Positions 24,701 to 36,305 of a stretch of DNA of 64,000 nucleotides are shown piece by piece (the stretch's first letter is position 1; every line of letters begins with the position of its first letter). The stretch is from Daphnia carinata (Eukaryota): NCBI RefSeq assembly GCF_022539665.2, contig NC_081332.1:6758001-6822000 (forward strand). Reading direction: 5' to 3'. The notes beneath the pieces were generated by a model, which was not told the origin of the DNA, did no database searches, and saw nothing but the letters and a program-made list of their open reading frames with translations. The translations under genes were made by a program, and so were the position numbers.

Positions 24701-26999
24701 CGCATTCCATCCGTCTTGGTTTTTCTCGTTTATGTCGATCCCGAGTTCGATCAAAAGTTTAATCGCATCGATTAAATGTGGGGTTGAATTGTTTCGACAC
24801 AAAACATGAAGCGCGCATCCAGTGTTCGTTTTTGCGCCTTTGTCGATCCCGAGTTCGATCAAAAGTTTAATCGCATCGATTAAATGTGGGCTTGAATTGT
24901 TTCGACACAAAACAAGAAACGCGTTAGATCCAGCGTTGTTTTTTGCGTTTTTGTCGATACCGAGTTCGATCAAGAGTTTAATTGCATCGATTAAGTGTGG
25001 GCTTGAATTGTTACAGCACAAAAGATGAAGCGCATTCCATCCGTCTTTGTTTTTTTCGATTTCGTCGATACCGAGTTCGATCAAGAGTTCTATCGCATCG
25101 GTTAAGTGTGGGCTTGAATTGTATCGACACAAGAGATGAAGCGCATTCCATCCGTCGTTGTTTTTCCCGTTTATGTCTATCCCGAGTTCGATCAAAAGTT
25201 TAATCGCATCGATTAAGTGTGGGCTTGAATTGCTTTCACACAAAAGATGAAGCGCATTCCATCCGTCTTTGTTTTTTCCGTTTTCGTCGATACCGAGTTC
25301 GATCAAAAGTTTAATCGCATCAATCAATTGTGGGCTTGAATTGTTTAAACACAAAAGATGAAGCACATTGGTTCCATTGTTGTTCTTTGCTCCTTTGTCT
25401 ATCCCGAGTTCGATCAAGAGTTTAATCGCATCGATTAAGTGTGGGGTTGAATTGTTTCGACACAAAAGATGAAGCGCATTCGATCCATAGCTGGTTTTTG
25501 CGTCTTTGTCGACACCGAGTTCGATCAAGAGTTTAATCGCATCATTTAAGTGTGGGCTTGAATTGTATCTGCACAAAAGAAGAAGTGGATTCCATCCGTC
25601 TTTGTTTTTTCCGTTTTTGTCGATGCCCATTTCGATCAAGAGTTTTATCGCATCGATCAAGTGTGGACTTGAATTATATCGACACAAAAGATGAAACGCA
25701 TGATATCCATCGTTGTCATTTGCGTTTATGTCGATGCCGAGTTCGATCAAGTGTTTAAGAGCATCCATTAAATGGAGGCTTGAATTATTTCGACATAAAA
25801 TATGAAGCGCATTCCATCCATCGTTATTCTTTGCGTTAAGGTCGATGCCGAGTTGCATTAAAGTTTCGATGTTATTCCTAAAATCTGTTGTTGGGCAGGA
25901 ATCTGTGCACAACCGATTCAGGTGTTTTTCTTCTGCGCTTAGCTAAATGGAAAACCTTTGTTAGAAAATTCTATTTCATTGACGAAAGTGTCTATGTTTT
26001 GTGATTTGATTACTTTAATTTTGATGGATTGAAGTTGATTAACAACGTCTTCAGATGTTATTCTTGTATCAGGTGTCTTGGTCAGCATTTGTTCTATTAA
26101 GTTGCGTGCTAAATGTTTCTGGTGAATATCTATTTTTTTTTAAATTTTAAACATTTAAATTATGCTCATGTTATTTGAACTACATCAAGAGGTCACTTAC
26201 CACTCATATTGACTAATGTGTTTTCCATCATGTTATTCAGAATTTCTTTCTCATTTTCACCGTAAATATGTCTTCCTTTTAAGAGAATATAACCGAATAC
26301 GAGGCCTTCTGCGTAAACATCGCTTTTGGTGGAGCTTTTAGTTTTTTCAACGCGTACGTCTCTGCCTATAATTTCCACCACTTCGGGAGAGAACCAAAGT
26401 TGAGTCCCTTTGATTCCACTCATTGTAAATGTTCCTCGTGCACTTACTCCTCGTGAAAATCCAAAATCAGCCCACTTGATCGTTATCTCTTCACCTTTGT
26501 CTGTAGGTTTTACAGAAATGAGAATGTTATCCGGTTTAATGTCCCGGTGGATTAGATTTTGTGAATGAATGTATTTGAGGCCAGAAGCTAACTGGAAGAA
26601 CACCTCGAAATTGTTTGGTAATGCAGATCCTTTATATTTCCGAGGGTTATCCTGATCCAGGAACACCTGATCCAATGAGGCGTCGCACAATTCTAAAGCA
26701 AAGTAACTGAATCGCAAAAATCATGAAAATTTTCATATTAATTTAATCACGTAACAATCTTACTTGAAGTCTTTATCGCTTGCGAAATGGACAAATTTAA
26801 CTATATTGGGATGGTCTAACCGCTGCAGAATGATTAACTCGTTGTCATGTTTTTGAACTTCACTCTTCACAATTCGCTTGACTGCTATACGTTGACCTTT
26901 ATAAGTACCTTGATACACTTTACCATATTTACCTTCCCCTAAAAAATCATTGCGATCGAACTGGATGCCATCTACATTTTCGGTAGTAGTCGATGACAT
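21776..26999 (-). CDS. IRE1-like Ser/Thr kinase fused to ~35 tandem 37-aa ankyrin repeats (copy 2, ~1674 aa)
   Basis: exons 26999-26764, 26706-26201, 26129-26014, 25942-21776 join in frame; GEGKYG, IAVKR, HRDIKPDNILIS, DFGFSR, WFSPE; same intron positions as copy 1. Confidence 0.88.
21935..25819 (-). repeat. Coding tandem array, ~111-bp unit, ~35 copies
   Basis: 37-aa periodicity; more divergent than array 1, with a few single-codon indels. Confidence 0.95.
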
Positions 27000-28483
27000 T
27001 TTAGACTTAATTGCACCCGAGACTAGCGAGACAAGAACTTGGACAAGCTACTATTAGAAAACGCCGTTTGACACTGAACAACCCTCACTTGTAATCCGAA
27101 ATTGCTTTCAGTTTATCAGCCAGTTTATTTGCTAAGCATAAAATATAACTTACGAGTCCAATCCAGATAAGAATGTGTTTTCTTGTCGTCTACTTGTAAT
27201 CTCTGGGAAATTTCAGTAAGATTTTTTCATTTGTTCCAAAAATTACTTCCAATCATTTTTATACGGGATTTTTGCTCATTGGCTTGTCAAATGATTTTGC
27301 ATCGCATTAATAATTCGCTTAGACGTTTCTTTTTAATTTTTTTTTTTTGTATAAAACGTTTTATCACAGAGCTTTACTGATTGCGCTCAGCGCTATTCGC
27401 TTTCGACACGTATACCTTATCGCATTATTTTCTCTTTATCTTTTTTTGATTTTTCCTCTCTTTCTATCGATATAAATATGCTGTGAATACAGGCTACGTC
27501 CCTTCTATGACGAGTATGGTATACTTATTATATTGCATCTAAAATAATGTAAATATTGCATTGCTTGTTGTTGAAAAACATGTTGTTCTGAAATAGACCT
27601 GCTAGAAGACTATAATCGCAACAACCTAAACACAACAGTCGAAAAATAGCGGACCATGCTGCATTGTTTATCCTAGAATTTCAAATCTGCTGTTGGCGAC
27701 GACAATTAGAAGGTAAAACAACAAAACAACTTGAAATTACGACTATTTTAGGTGATCCCGTTGGAAATAGCTGTGCTGAAGTCGGCGCGACAAAGCCGTG
27801 GACGAATTTCACCATCGGCTTGGCACAAGTGATCCACAGTTTGTTGCCTCTTTTCATGTGGTCTAAATAAAACTAACACTGACTGTCTTAGACGCAGCTT
27901 TTGAAAACAGACAACAACTAGCGCGGCAAGATTAATGAAAGATGTCGTTAAAAGCAAAGGTACCGGTGAAATCACTAAAATTATAACTCTTTTTTGCAAA
28001 CGCCATTCAATACTTCTTCTCAACCGCAATCGAGCTGAATACAAATTGCGCATGACGTCAGCCAGGTACAGCAGTGCTATTTTAGCTCAAATCGTTTGCC
28101 CTCTAAATGCTTTAGGCCTACGCAATTCTCGCATTTTCCAAACTTATTTGCCACAATAATCAATATCACTAATCTTCAATGTCATAAAGGAATTTATCTA
28201 ACTTTTTCCATCTCATGGGTATAGTTGATGTCTTCAGCTGGAACAAACAAACTTGGCGTTGCCTCGCGTGACGATGCGTTTATGATTCGCCAATTTTTGT
28301 GCGCGTTCCGCAGTTTTTATTGACAAGTTGTTTACCTCGACTCAAGCGCAATCAGACAATAGGATTTCGGTTTGGTTTCGACTTGTTGTTTTCCGGATAT
28401 TTGTTTGTATTGTTTCGAGATAAGCCTAGGCTAATCAACCAGTTGATATTCTCTTGGTAAGGTTGCTCCCTGTCTATTGCACC

Positions 28484-31400
28484 CAGAGATAAGGAGATGG
28501 GACACGGAATAGGGAAAGCCGCCATGACAGATTTCGGCCCACCATCTAGCGGCTAATTCCCTCCCGTTATCTTTAGCAGACGAATTCCCTGTCTAGTTCC
28601 ATAGCAGACAACATTGTTTTTTTTTTTTAAATGTCACTTGGTTACTGCAGGCTTCTGTGTGTTTTGTAGTTTGTGTTAAAAGTTAAAATGTGGTATTCGG
28701 AAATAAAGTAAGTCACCAATAATTTTTTTATAAATTTTTGTATAATATGAGCTTGGTTAACTTATTACGTTTTGAAGTTTCTTCACACATGTTTTGATTG
28801 AACAATTTGACATAGGATAAACATCTGAGTTTTAAGAATCTATAAGCAACAGTTTCTATGAGGTAAGTAACATCACAATTTTCTGAGTGAGCTGCAAGAG
28901 TAGGAAACATTTGGTTAACATTACTTTTCTTTAGGACTTTCTGGGTTAACATGGCAAGTTTATCACACTGGAGTTTTAATCCTTGGACCAACATTGATTG
29001 AAAAACAGATTCGCATGATAATGCAATTGTGTACACAGAGTTTGAAGGAATGCATACCCATCTGCTCGTTCTTAAATTTGAAATGTTGGCTGTGGCTTCT
29101 TCCAATGGATCATCCATGGAATCAAATAAGGCATTTCTACACATGACACATTTGAAGAGACGTTCAATTTTTAAAACACAATATCCAGCAATGTAGGCAA
29201 GGCACTGGTTTGTAAAAGTATCATTCATGTTAGACGCATTTAATTCTACTACATTACTGAAAAGCTCAATCTCTACCTCCATCTCAGTGTCAATAGCATC
29301 ATTTTCTTTTTCACAATTCAGGTCATTTAATATTGCAAACGGAAGAGGTGAACAGTTAGATGACAAAGAAGCTGTAACACCACCACTTTTTATAACTAGA
29401 AGTTTTCTCATGATATACTTCAATTGAATTGCTGTGGGATTGTTATTAACCCACCCCTTAACCGGACTATGCTAAAGAAATGCTCCAGTGGATCCTGTTG
29501 GGTGAGTCTCGTGCATACATAATCCAAAGGCTTTTCTTGTGTGAGCAGATTCCATGCGAGTGATATTGTTGATTTTATGGTGGTAGTGAAGCCGATAATC
29601 ACAGCCTTCCGTTTACTGGCACTTACAACTTGCAGGAAGTAAATGCCAAAGATTTAACAAAATTTTGTAATCCTTTAAGTTCTTTTTCTTTTTCCAACAG
29701 GTTGGAAATTGTCAGTGGTGCTCTGTCATCTGTTTGTTTTGGATTCCACGAGTTCAGGATGTCGAAAATCTTGTTGAACTTCCGGCAGTATTCCTCAGTG
29801 GCCTCACTTCCCGCAAACTGCAAAAAAACACCATATTAAAAAGGTAAAATCATTCGTATACCATAATGAAAATATAACTTTACGTTTGGGTGTTTCAGAT
29901 CCTCCCGTAAATGGCGAAGAGTATCCGCAGTTGAATTACTCAAAACTTGAGCAGCCAGAACTACTTTCATCTTGTGTGTGCCAATGTCGACGTGGTTTTT
30001 AGTCAACTTGTTACCAAGACGAAATCCTAAACGGTTCTGGTATTCGAAGAGCTCGGTTATGTACGACCATTTTGCCGGTTTCGGAAAGCCAGGTATAACA
30101 ATTCCTTTCGGTGTCTGTGCTATTAGGTTACGAGCCAATTTTAACATATGGCAGGTATCTAACATCACGTAAATGTCTTCTTTGGTCTTAGGATGAAGGA
30201 AAAAAGTTTTCATCGCAGCGTATTTTATACGGTGGATTTTCATTTGCTCTGAAGTTTTATTTGTGCGCCGGCTAGGAACAGATTTCGGTGGTTTTTGGGG
30301 AATCCTGATGTTCGCTCCAAGGGCATTGACCATCGTTAGATTTGCCGCCAACCCATCAAAAGTAACTACTTTTACATTTACGTTGAATTCATGACAAGCA
30401 ATAATGACATCGTTCAGCACTTTCGACTGGCCCAGCCCGGTTAAATGGTTCGTAAAATAATAAGCTACAGGCGATCTCCATTTTCCATCTAATCCTACAG
30501 CATAGAACACCAAGACTTGTGTAGCAAGAATGTGGTGATCTGTTTCCCGACTTGAAGGTTTGTCATCTGGGAAATCGGTAAATCCCATATATTTCTTAAG
30601 TTGCGGGTCGTAGCACAACGCCTTCTTGATAGACATTTCATCGAGACTAAGGGTTACATCTTGGCCGTGTGTTCCTTCTGCAATGTCTGTCTTTATCTGA
30701 GCTAAGGCATTTATTAAAATCCCGGAAGAGCAACCAACTGGTGCAAGGTAGCGGCGAAGACTTCGAACGGACGGCAAGGTAAAGATTGTTCTAAGTTTTT
30801 CATACGCAGCGTTCGAATAATAGCTTAGGTTTATTGACAGGTCCCGGATGAATGAAGAGTATCTACGGTTTTCAGTTCTTTTTCCGGAATTCCATTTTTC
30901 ATTCAAAAAGAGTTGGTAAGCTGTGTCGGACATGTCTGTTTTTCTTATTGTGTTTTTTCTAACTTCTTTTAGATCGTGGCATTCTTTTGTGGACTTTTTT
31001 AGCTGCTGTTTTAAAATTGAAATTTGGCCAACTTTGATGTTTATGTCCCTCAAATTCTGACGCTCTCGAAGAGACATCACAATAATTTTTTGTTTTTGAC
31101 GGCAATTTACTCTTTTAAGGTAATCATTTTCACACTTGTACTTAATGCGCAGCCTGCGATTTTCTTTTTCTAGGTGGCGAGTATGATTTGCGTATTCTTT
31201 TTTTAAACAAGTGATCTCCTCTGTGAGTTTAGTAACGTCGTCAATACAAATATTATTTTGTGATGAAGAGCTAAGATTGTCATTAAATGAAGCCAGCTCA
31301 GAATTGCAACGCTCACCATCCTCATTAAAATCGTTTTCTATATCTTTGTCAATTACAGGTAGACAGGGGCTGGTAGGAGCTTCATAGTTATGATCTAACC

Positions 31401-32272
31401 TTAGTCTTTTTATGGGGCTGATAAAATCCGCGATGAGTTGTCTGCGAACACAAGGCAAAGAAAGAATGGTGGAGTTGTCGCATTCAACGCTGAAGTTCAG
31501 GTCAGCAGAAACGATGTCATATTCACTGGTACACTGCGTATTAACCTTGGCAGATCTATTCAAATTAACGATATCTGATTCGTTTTCATGCTGGTGTTGT
31601 GGCCGCTCAGTTTCGGTGTGTGTGTCTAAATCAATCGGATTAAGTTTGCTGTTAGACAACCTATTTGATTTTCGGCGAGGAGTCCAAGTTAAAAAAGCGG
31701 GATCAAAGTGAAGAGAGCACAACACGGAAGATTTTGAGGGCTTAAATCCAGGTGCACAATGTTTCAGCCAGATAAGTAGTCGCTGATCATCAGTGGGAAA
31801 CTTATGAAATGAAACTGATCGATCACTTCTCTTTGAATTACACTTGACGGCACTACAGTTGGGAGGCATTTCAACAATTTTGCACAAAGAGAAGAAGAAA
31901 AACACGTCTAGAACGACTGCGACCACTTGCTTAACTGAGGTAGTGTATTTCACAGGGTTAACATTCGATAACAAGCTACAGGTACCCTGGGAATTAATGC
32001 CAAGCAAAACCATTTCTGAAAGTCGACCCCTTTGGATTCTTCGAATTTTCATCGCCCTCCGCATTACCCTCCGCGTTATGAATCACGGAACTTTCGTTAT
32101 CAGTTGTCATCTGGCAAATTATCTGACTCTCCTCGCCAAATTCGAATCAACCGCCTCATTACCTGCAGCAACTCGTCTGCTAATGAGGAAGGGAGGGAAT
32201 TAGCCGCTAGATGTAGTCCCAAAATGTGTCATGGCGGCTTTAACACGGTCGTGTCCCATCTCCTTATCTCTG
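28484..32272 (-). mobile_element. Full-length P-element-superfamily (THAP9-like) transposon
   Basis: TIR CAGAGATAAGGAGATGGGACACG at both ends, extending as a ~100 bp imperfect inverted repeat; encloses a THAP-transposase gene; no TSD detected. Confidence 0.92.
28728..31869 (-). pseudogene. THAP-domain P transposase with two frameshifts
   Basis: THAP MPPNCSAVKC...FHKFP...W...LCSLHF; SLDEMSIK, VTFDGLAANL, DTCHMLKLARN, KMKVVLAAQVLS, TQQDPLEHFFS; intron 29883-29818; frameshifts near 29625 and 29448 (RGG-NNNPT). Confidence 0.88.
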
Positions 32273-33205
32273 ATCGATTCCCGGTAACAATATTATTATA
32301 CTTTGCATTGCACACATATTTTATGAGGGGGTAGAGCTGTGGATCCGTACTGCGCTTGGGACTAGGATTACTCGAGTTCAATTATATTTTGCGGCATTTT
32401 TTTTTCAACAATCTGCTAAAAATTATATTTTAAACGTATCTGAGTAACAGCAATTTAGGAATTATTACTCACCGTTAACTGAGGCGTGTATTGCACTAAT
32501 TAATAAGAGTTTTACTTTATAAATAAAACTGACTTTCATAGCTAAATAGTATTCTGTTTAGCATAGTGAACAAACAGATAACGGAAAACTAAGGGTTTCG
32601 TCTGAAATTTGTATCGATATTCGGCAGAAACATTGAATTCGTTGCATGGCATATACAAATTGTGACGAATTAGCGTAGTGGATGAATTCGACGTTCAACG
32701 AAGTTCAGAAGTTCGAATCCGTCTTGGAAATTGTTTTAAAATTTCAAATACATATTTTAAGATGCTTATGATAAATATATTATTCGCAAAGGCAAATTAT
32801 TATTTTCTTCTACGTTTTATATTGTTACGTTTCCGTCTAGTTAATTGCCTTTATTATTTAGAATGTAAGTTTTTAAAGAGATATTTCTAGATTGCGTTAA
32901 GTTAGAAACAAAAGACGAGTATAATCGGACGTCTTTACCAACGTCCTATTCTACCAACCTTGGCTTCCAGTACCACGAACAGGTACAACCAAGAAACAAT
33001 ACCCAGATCGTGCGTACCAACAACATAAATAACCGGACGATCTGTACACTAACACAACACTGCATGATTCACCAGACCGTCCGTCCCAACGACATAAATA
33101 TCCGGACGGTCTGTACGATAGCGTTATACAATACAATAACTAAGAATAGAAATAGCGTCTTAACCATTTAGTCTAGGAGCTTCTTCGATACACCTATCCT
33201 TTCAC

Positions 33206-36200
33206 CAGGCTTGGGTCCAGCGCGCTCGAAATAAGAGTGCGCTCGAATACCGCACTCGCGCGCTCCAATTTTTTTTTCGGGATTTCGAGCGCGAGCGCAG
33301 GCACAAAAACCTGCACTCTTTTTTGCGCTCGTTTGCGCAAATCTGAGAAATCTTGTTCATCTGTCAGTCACCAGATGAACTATTAGTGGCTTAACGAATT
33401 TTCGGTTGTTATGGCAATAGCAGAACAGACTCCTGACAAGTGTTAATACAGTTGATGTGTTCATAAGGATAAAACAATGCCTCCGCGAAGAAATACGTAA
33501 GTAAATTTTATAATTATTGTTCCTATAGAAGTATTTCTCAGTAATCAACGTGAAATTTTTAGTAAATCGAAATCCCCTAACAAAGAGCAAGATTCGTCTG
33601 AAAACGATTCTGTGCGTTCCAGCACCTCAACAGCAGCTGATGACAGTTATCTTCAAATTATTTCAAATTCTTCTCCCAGAAGGTAAGTATTGTATTGAAA
33701 TGAATTTTTATTGAAAGACTCATTCTTCCTAACATTATTTAGATCTCCAAGGAACATTATGGCTGGTGAAGATTCTTACACCACCGATATCAAATTCCCA
33801 GAGCAAATGTTCCAGTATACTGGTCGAGAAAGAAAAGGTGCAGCACTGATGTTAGACTATAAGTGCCTTATAGATAATTTTGGTGGAAAGGCAACTCCAA
33901 CTATAATAAGTGCAGGTTCTCGCTCGCACTACAACATTCGCCGGCACGTTAAGGTGGGAAAAGAGATTTGTATTGAATATGTTTTCTTTCCGTAAACTGT
34001 TTTCTTATTTTGTTTTTATTTAGAGAGCAAACACCCTCTACGATTGGCAGAGTTTGATCTCGTAGTTTCCTTGCTTAATGACAGCAAAACTTCAGTCAGA
34101 GCAACGGACCCAAAAGCTTTACAGCCCTGTTTGAAGCAAACCAAAATCGTTTTTGGTGAAGCAGGCCGTAAAATGGTTACTCAAGAATCTACGGATGAAG
34201 CTATATTGGTATGTCACTTGACGAAAAAACTTATGACAACTCTAACTAATACGACACTGCTTTAGGAATACTTGGTTGAAGATGTACTTCCATTATACAC
34301 GGTCGAGAAAAAGGGTTTCCGGAAGTTGCTGCAATTTTTCTCGCCCAAAATCAAAATCCGTACGAGGAAGTTCTTCGGTAAAAAATTGCATTTGCGGTTT
34401 ATCGATCGCAAACTTAAAATGAAGAAAAAGTTAGCCGACGCCTCATTTATCAGTACGACTGCCGACTGCTGGAGCACCAGAGGTAAGTTTTTTTTACCTG
34501 TAACAGCCCACTGGCTTACAGCTGATTTAGAGCGGCAGAATGGGTGCCTGGCAAATCGTCGTATCAAAGGCAAACATTCGTACGATGTATTAGCCAAGTT
34601 GCTAGAGGACATCCACAACGAATTTGGAATCACGAAGAAACTAACTGCGACTGTAACGGACAGCGGCAGCAACTTCGTGAAAGCTTTCCGGTTGTTTGGA
34701 AACACTCCTTGTGCTTCCGATTCAGTACCATCTGCTTTCCATGCCAGCAGTTCAACAACAAAGGATAACGTAACTCCGCTACAAGATTTGGAAGAAACGG
34801 AAGAGTCAGACAGTGAAGATGAATCAGTTTCAGAGGACAGTGATCTAGAAAACGAGCAGTTCTAAAGCGAACTTTCTGAAAAATTTAACAGCGGCAAAGA
34901 TATTGCGAAGGAAGATTTAGACTTCGTTGAAATTACGGATCTTCTTACCTTTAATGAAAAAATGGATAACGATATTTTTTAGATGGAAACTTACAGCCTG
35001 CCGAAACACCGCAGATGTGCTTGTCATACGATCAACCTCGTAGCCACTCAAGATCATCAAGGACAGAGCTTTCCTAAAACTGTATGGAAGTGTGGAGAGT
35101 AAGCTGAAAAGTGTCTGGAATAAGCAGTCCAGAAGTACGAAAGCGTCGAATTTGATCCACGAAGTTTTGGGAGGACTATTTGTTCTTCCAAATGAAACAA
35201 GGTATGATTTTATTATTATTACTGTTTCTTCTAATTGTTATTCTCATTTATCTATTGGATATTTCATAGGTGGAATTCTTTTTATGATGCTATGAACAGA
35301 GTAAGGACTTTTGTGTTGAAGAAACCAGATGCCTTACAAAAGATTTTCACTGAGTTCAATGTTCCTACTCTGCGACCTGCAGAAGAAGAGCTAATCCGTG
35401 AATCTGTGAAAATCTATACTACTATCACGGAAGCACTGGATATCCTTCAAGGGGATAAAAATGTATCTGCTGGATTCTTGCTGCCAACTCTTCACATTTT
35501 AAAACTGAAGCTAAGCCAACTAGAAAAAGATTCTTCAATTAAACATGGTAAACCGTTGGTTGCAGGTCTGCTTTCCGGACTGAATTGGCGATTCAAACCC
35601 AATTTTGATGATCGCGAATTGCAAATTGCTGCCATGGTCCACCCAATGTTTAAATTGAAATGGATCTCTAGCGAGGACGCGAAAGGTTTTCAATGCTTAA
35701 AAAGAGAAGAGTTTGAAATTGAACGCGAACGAAATCGAAGCCAGACTCCTCTCTCTCAACCATCTATTTTATGCTATCAGCAAAGGTAAGAAATGATTTT
35801 TTATTAAACTTATTCTATTTATAAGACACCTATAATCTCTGGAGTGGATGACCAATATAACCACAGCTTTTTCCACCTTTACAGCCTCAACACCACTGGA
35901 ACCGAAACTTGCAGTGACGACAGTGACATGGAGAACCAAAAAAAAAAGAAGGAAGGATTTTTTCAAATGCCTGCGGCCCAAAGAGCAACGAGACGACGAA
36001 GAGATCGATGAATTTTTAGCGGATCTATCTTCATCCGTTGACAGCCTGTCTAAATTTCCAATCTTAAAAAAATTGTTTTTAAGATATAATACGGCTCTTC
36101 CGTCATCCGCAGCAGTGGAACGTCTTTTCAGTGTAGAGGGGTCAATATTTAGGCCAACAAGGAGTCACTTAAGCGATAAAAATGTTAAAATTCCTTTGTT

Positions 36201-36305
36201 CCTTAAAATGAACGGGTGGAATTGAAAGTATAAACGAATTTCCTAATAATGTTGTCTTTAATTATTTTTGAGTTGGACGGAGTGCGAGCACGAGTGCAAG
36301 CGCAT
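33206..36305 (+). mobile_element. Degenerate hAT transposon (right end truncated)
   Basis: left end CAGGCTTGG with gcgctcg/gagtgcg subterminal repeats, related repeats at ~36279-36303; transposase motifs TTADCWS, VTAHW, VTDSGSNFVKAF, RCACHTINLV, ETR-WNS, LDILQGD, SSAAVERLFS; stops at ~34863 and ~34980. Confidence 0.85.

Noticed and set aside
11689..25758. Many short plus-strand ORFs (e.g. SIKSLIASIKCGLEL)
   Set aside because: Antisense shadows of the ankyrin arrays
9810..25819. Constant-plus-variable 111-bp periodicity resembling a CRISPR array or DGR cassette
   Set aside because: The units are in-frame ankyrin codons within spliced eukaryotic genes; the variable parts are homologous to each other; no cas or reverse-transcriptase gene is present
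27664..28159. Overlapping short ORFs upstream of kinase-ANK copy 2
   Set aside because: No recognisable domain or consistent exon structure
31870..32064. N-terminal extension of the 742-aa ORF
   Set aside because: THAP domains start at the N-terminus; the real start is MPPNC at 31869 and the extension is probably UTR or intron
33003..33116. Two ~45-bp imperfect direct repeats
   Set aside because: Only two copies, with no supportable gene or element context
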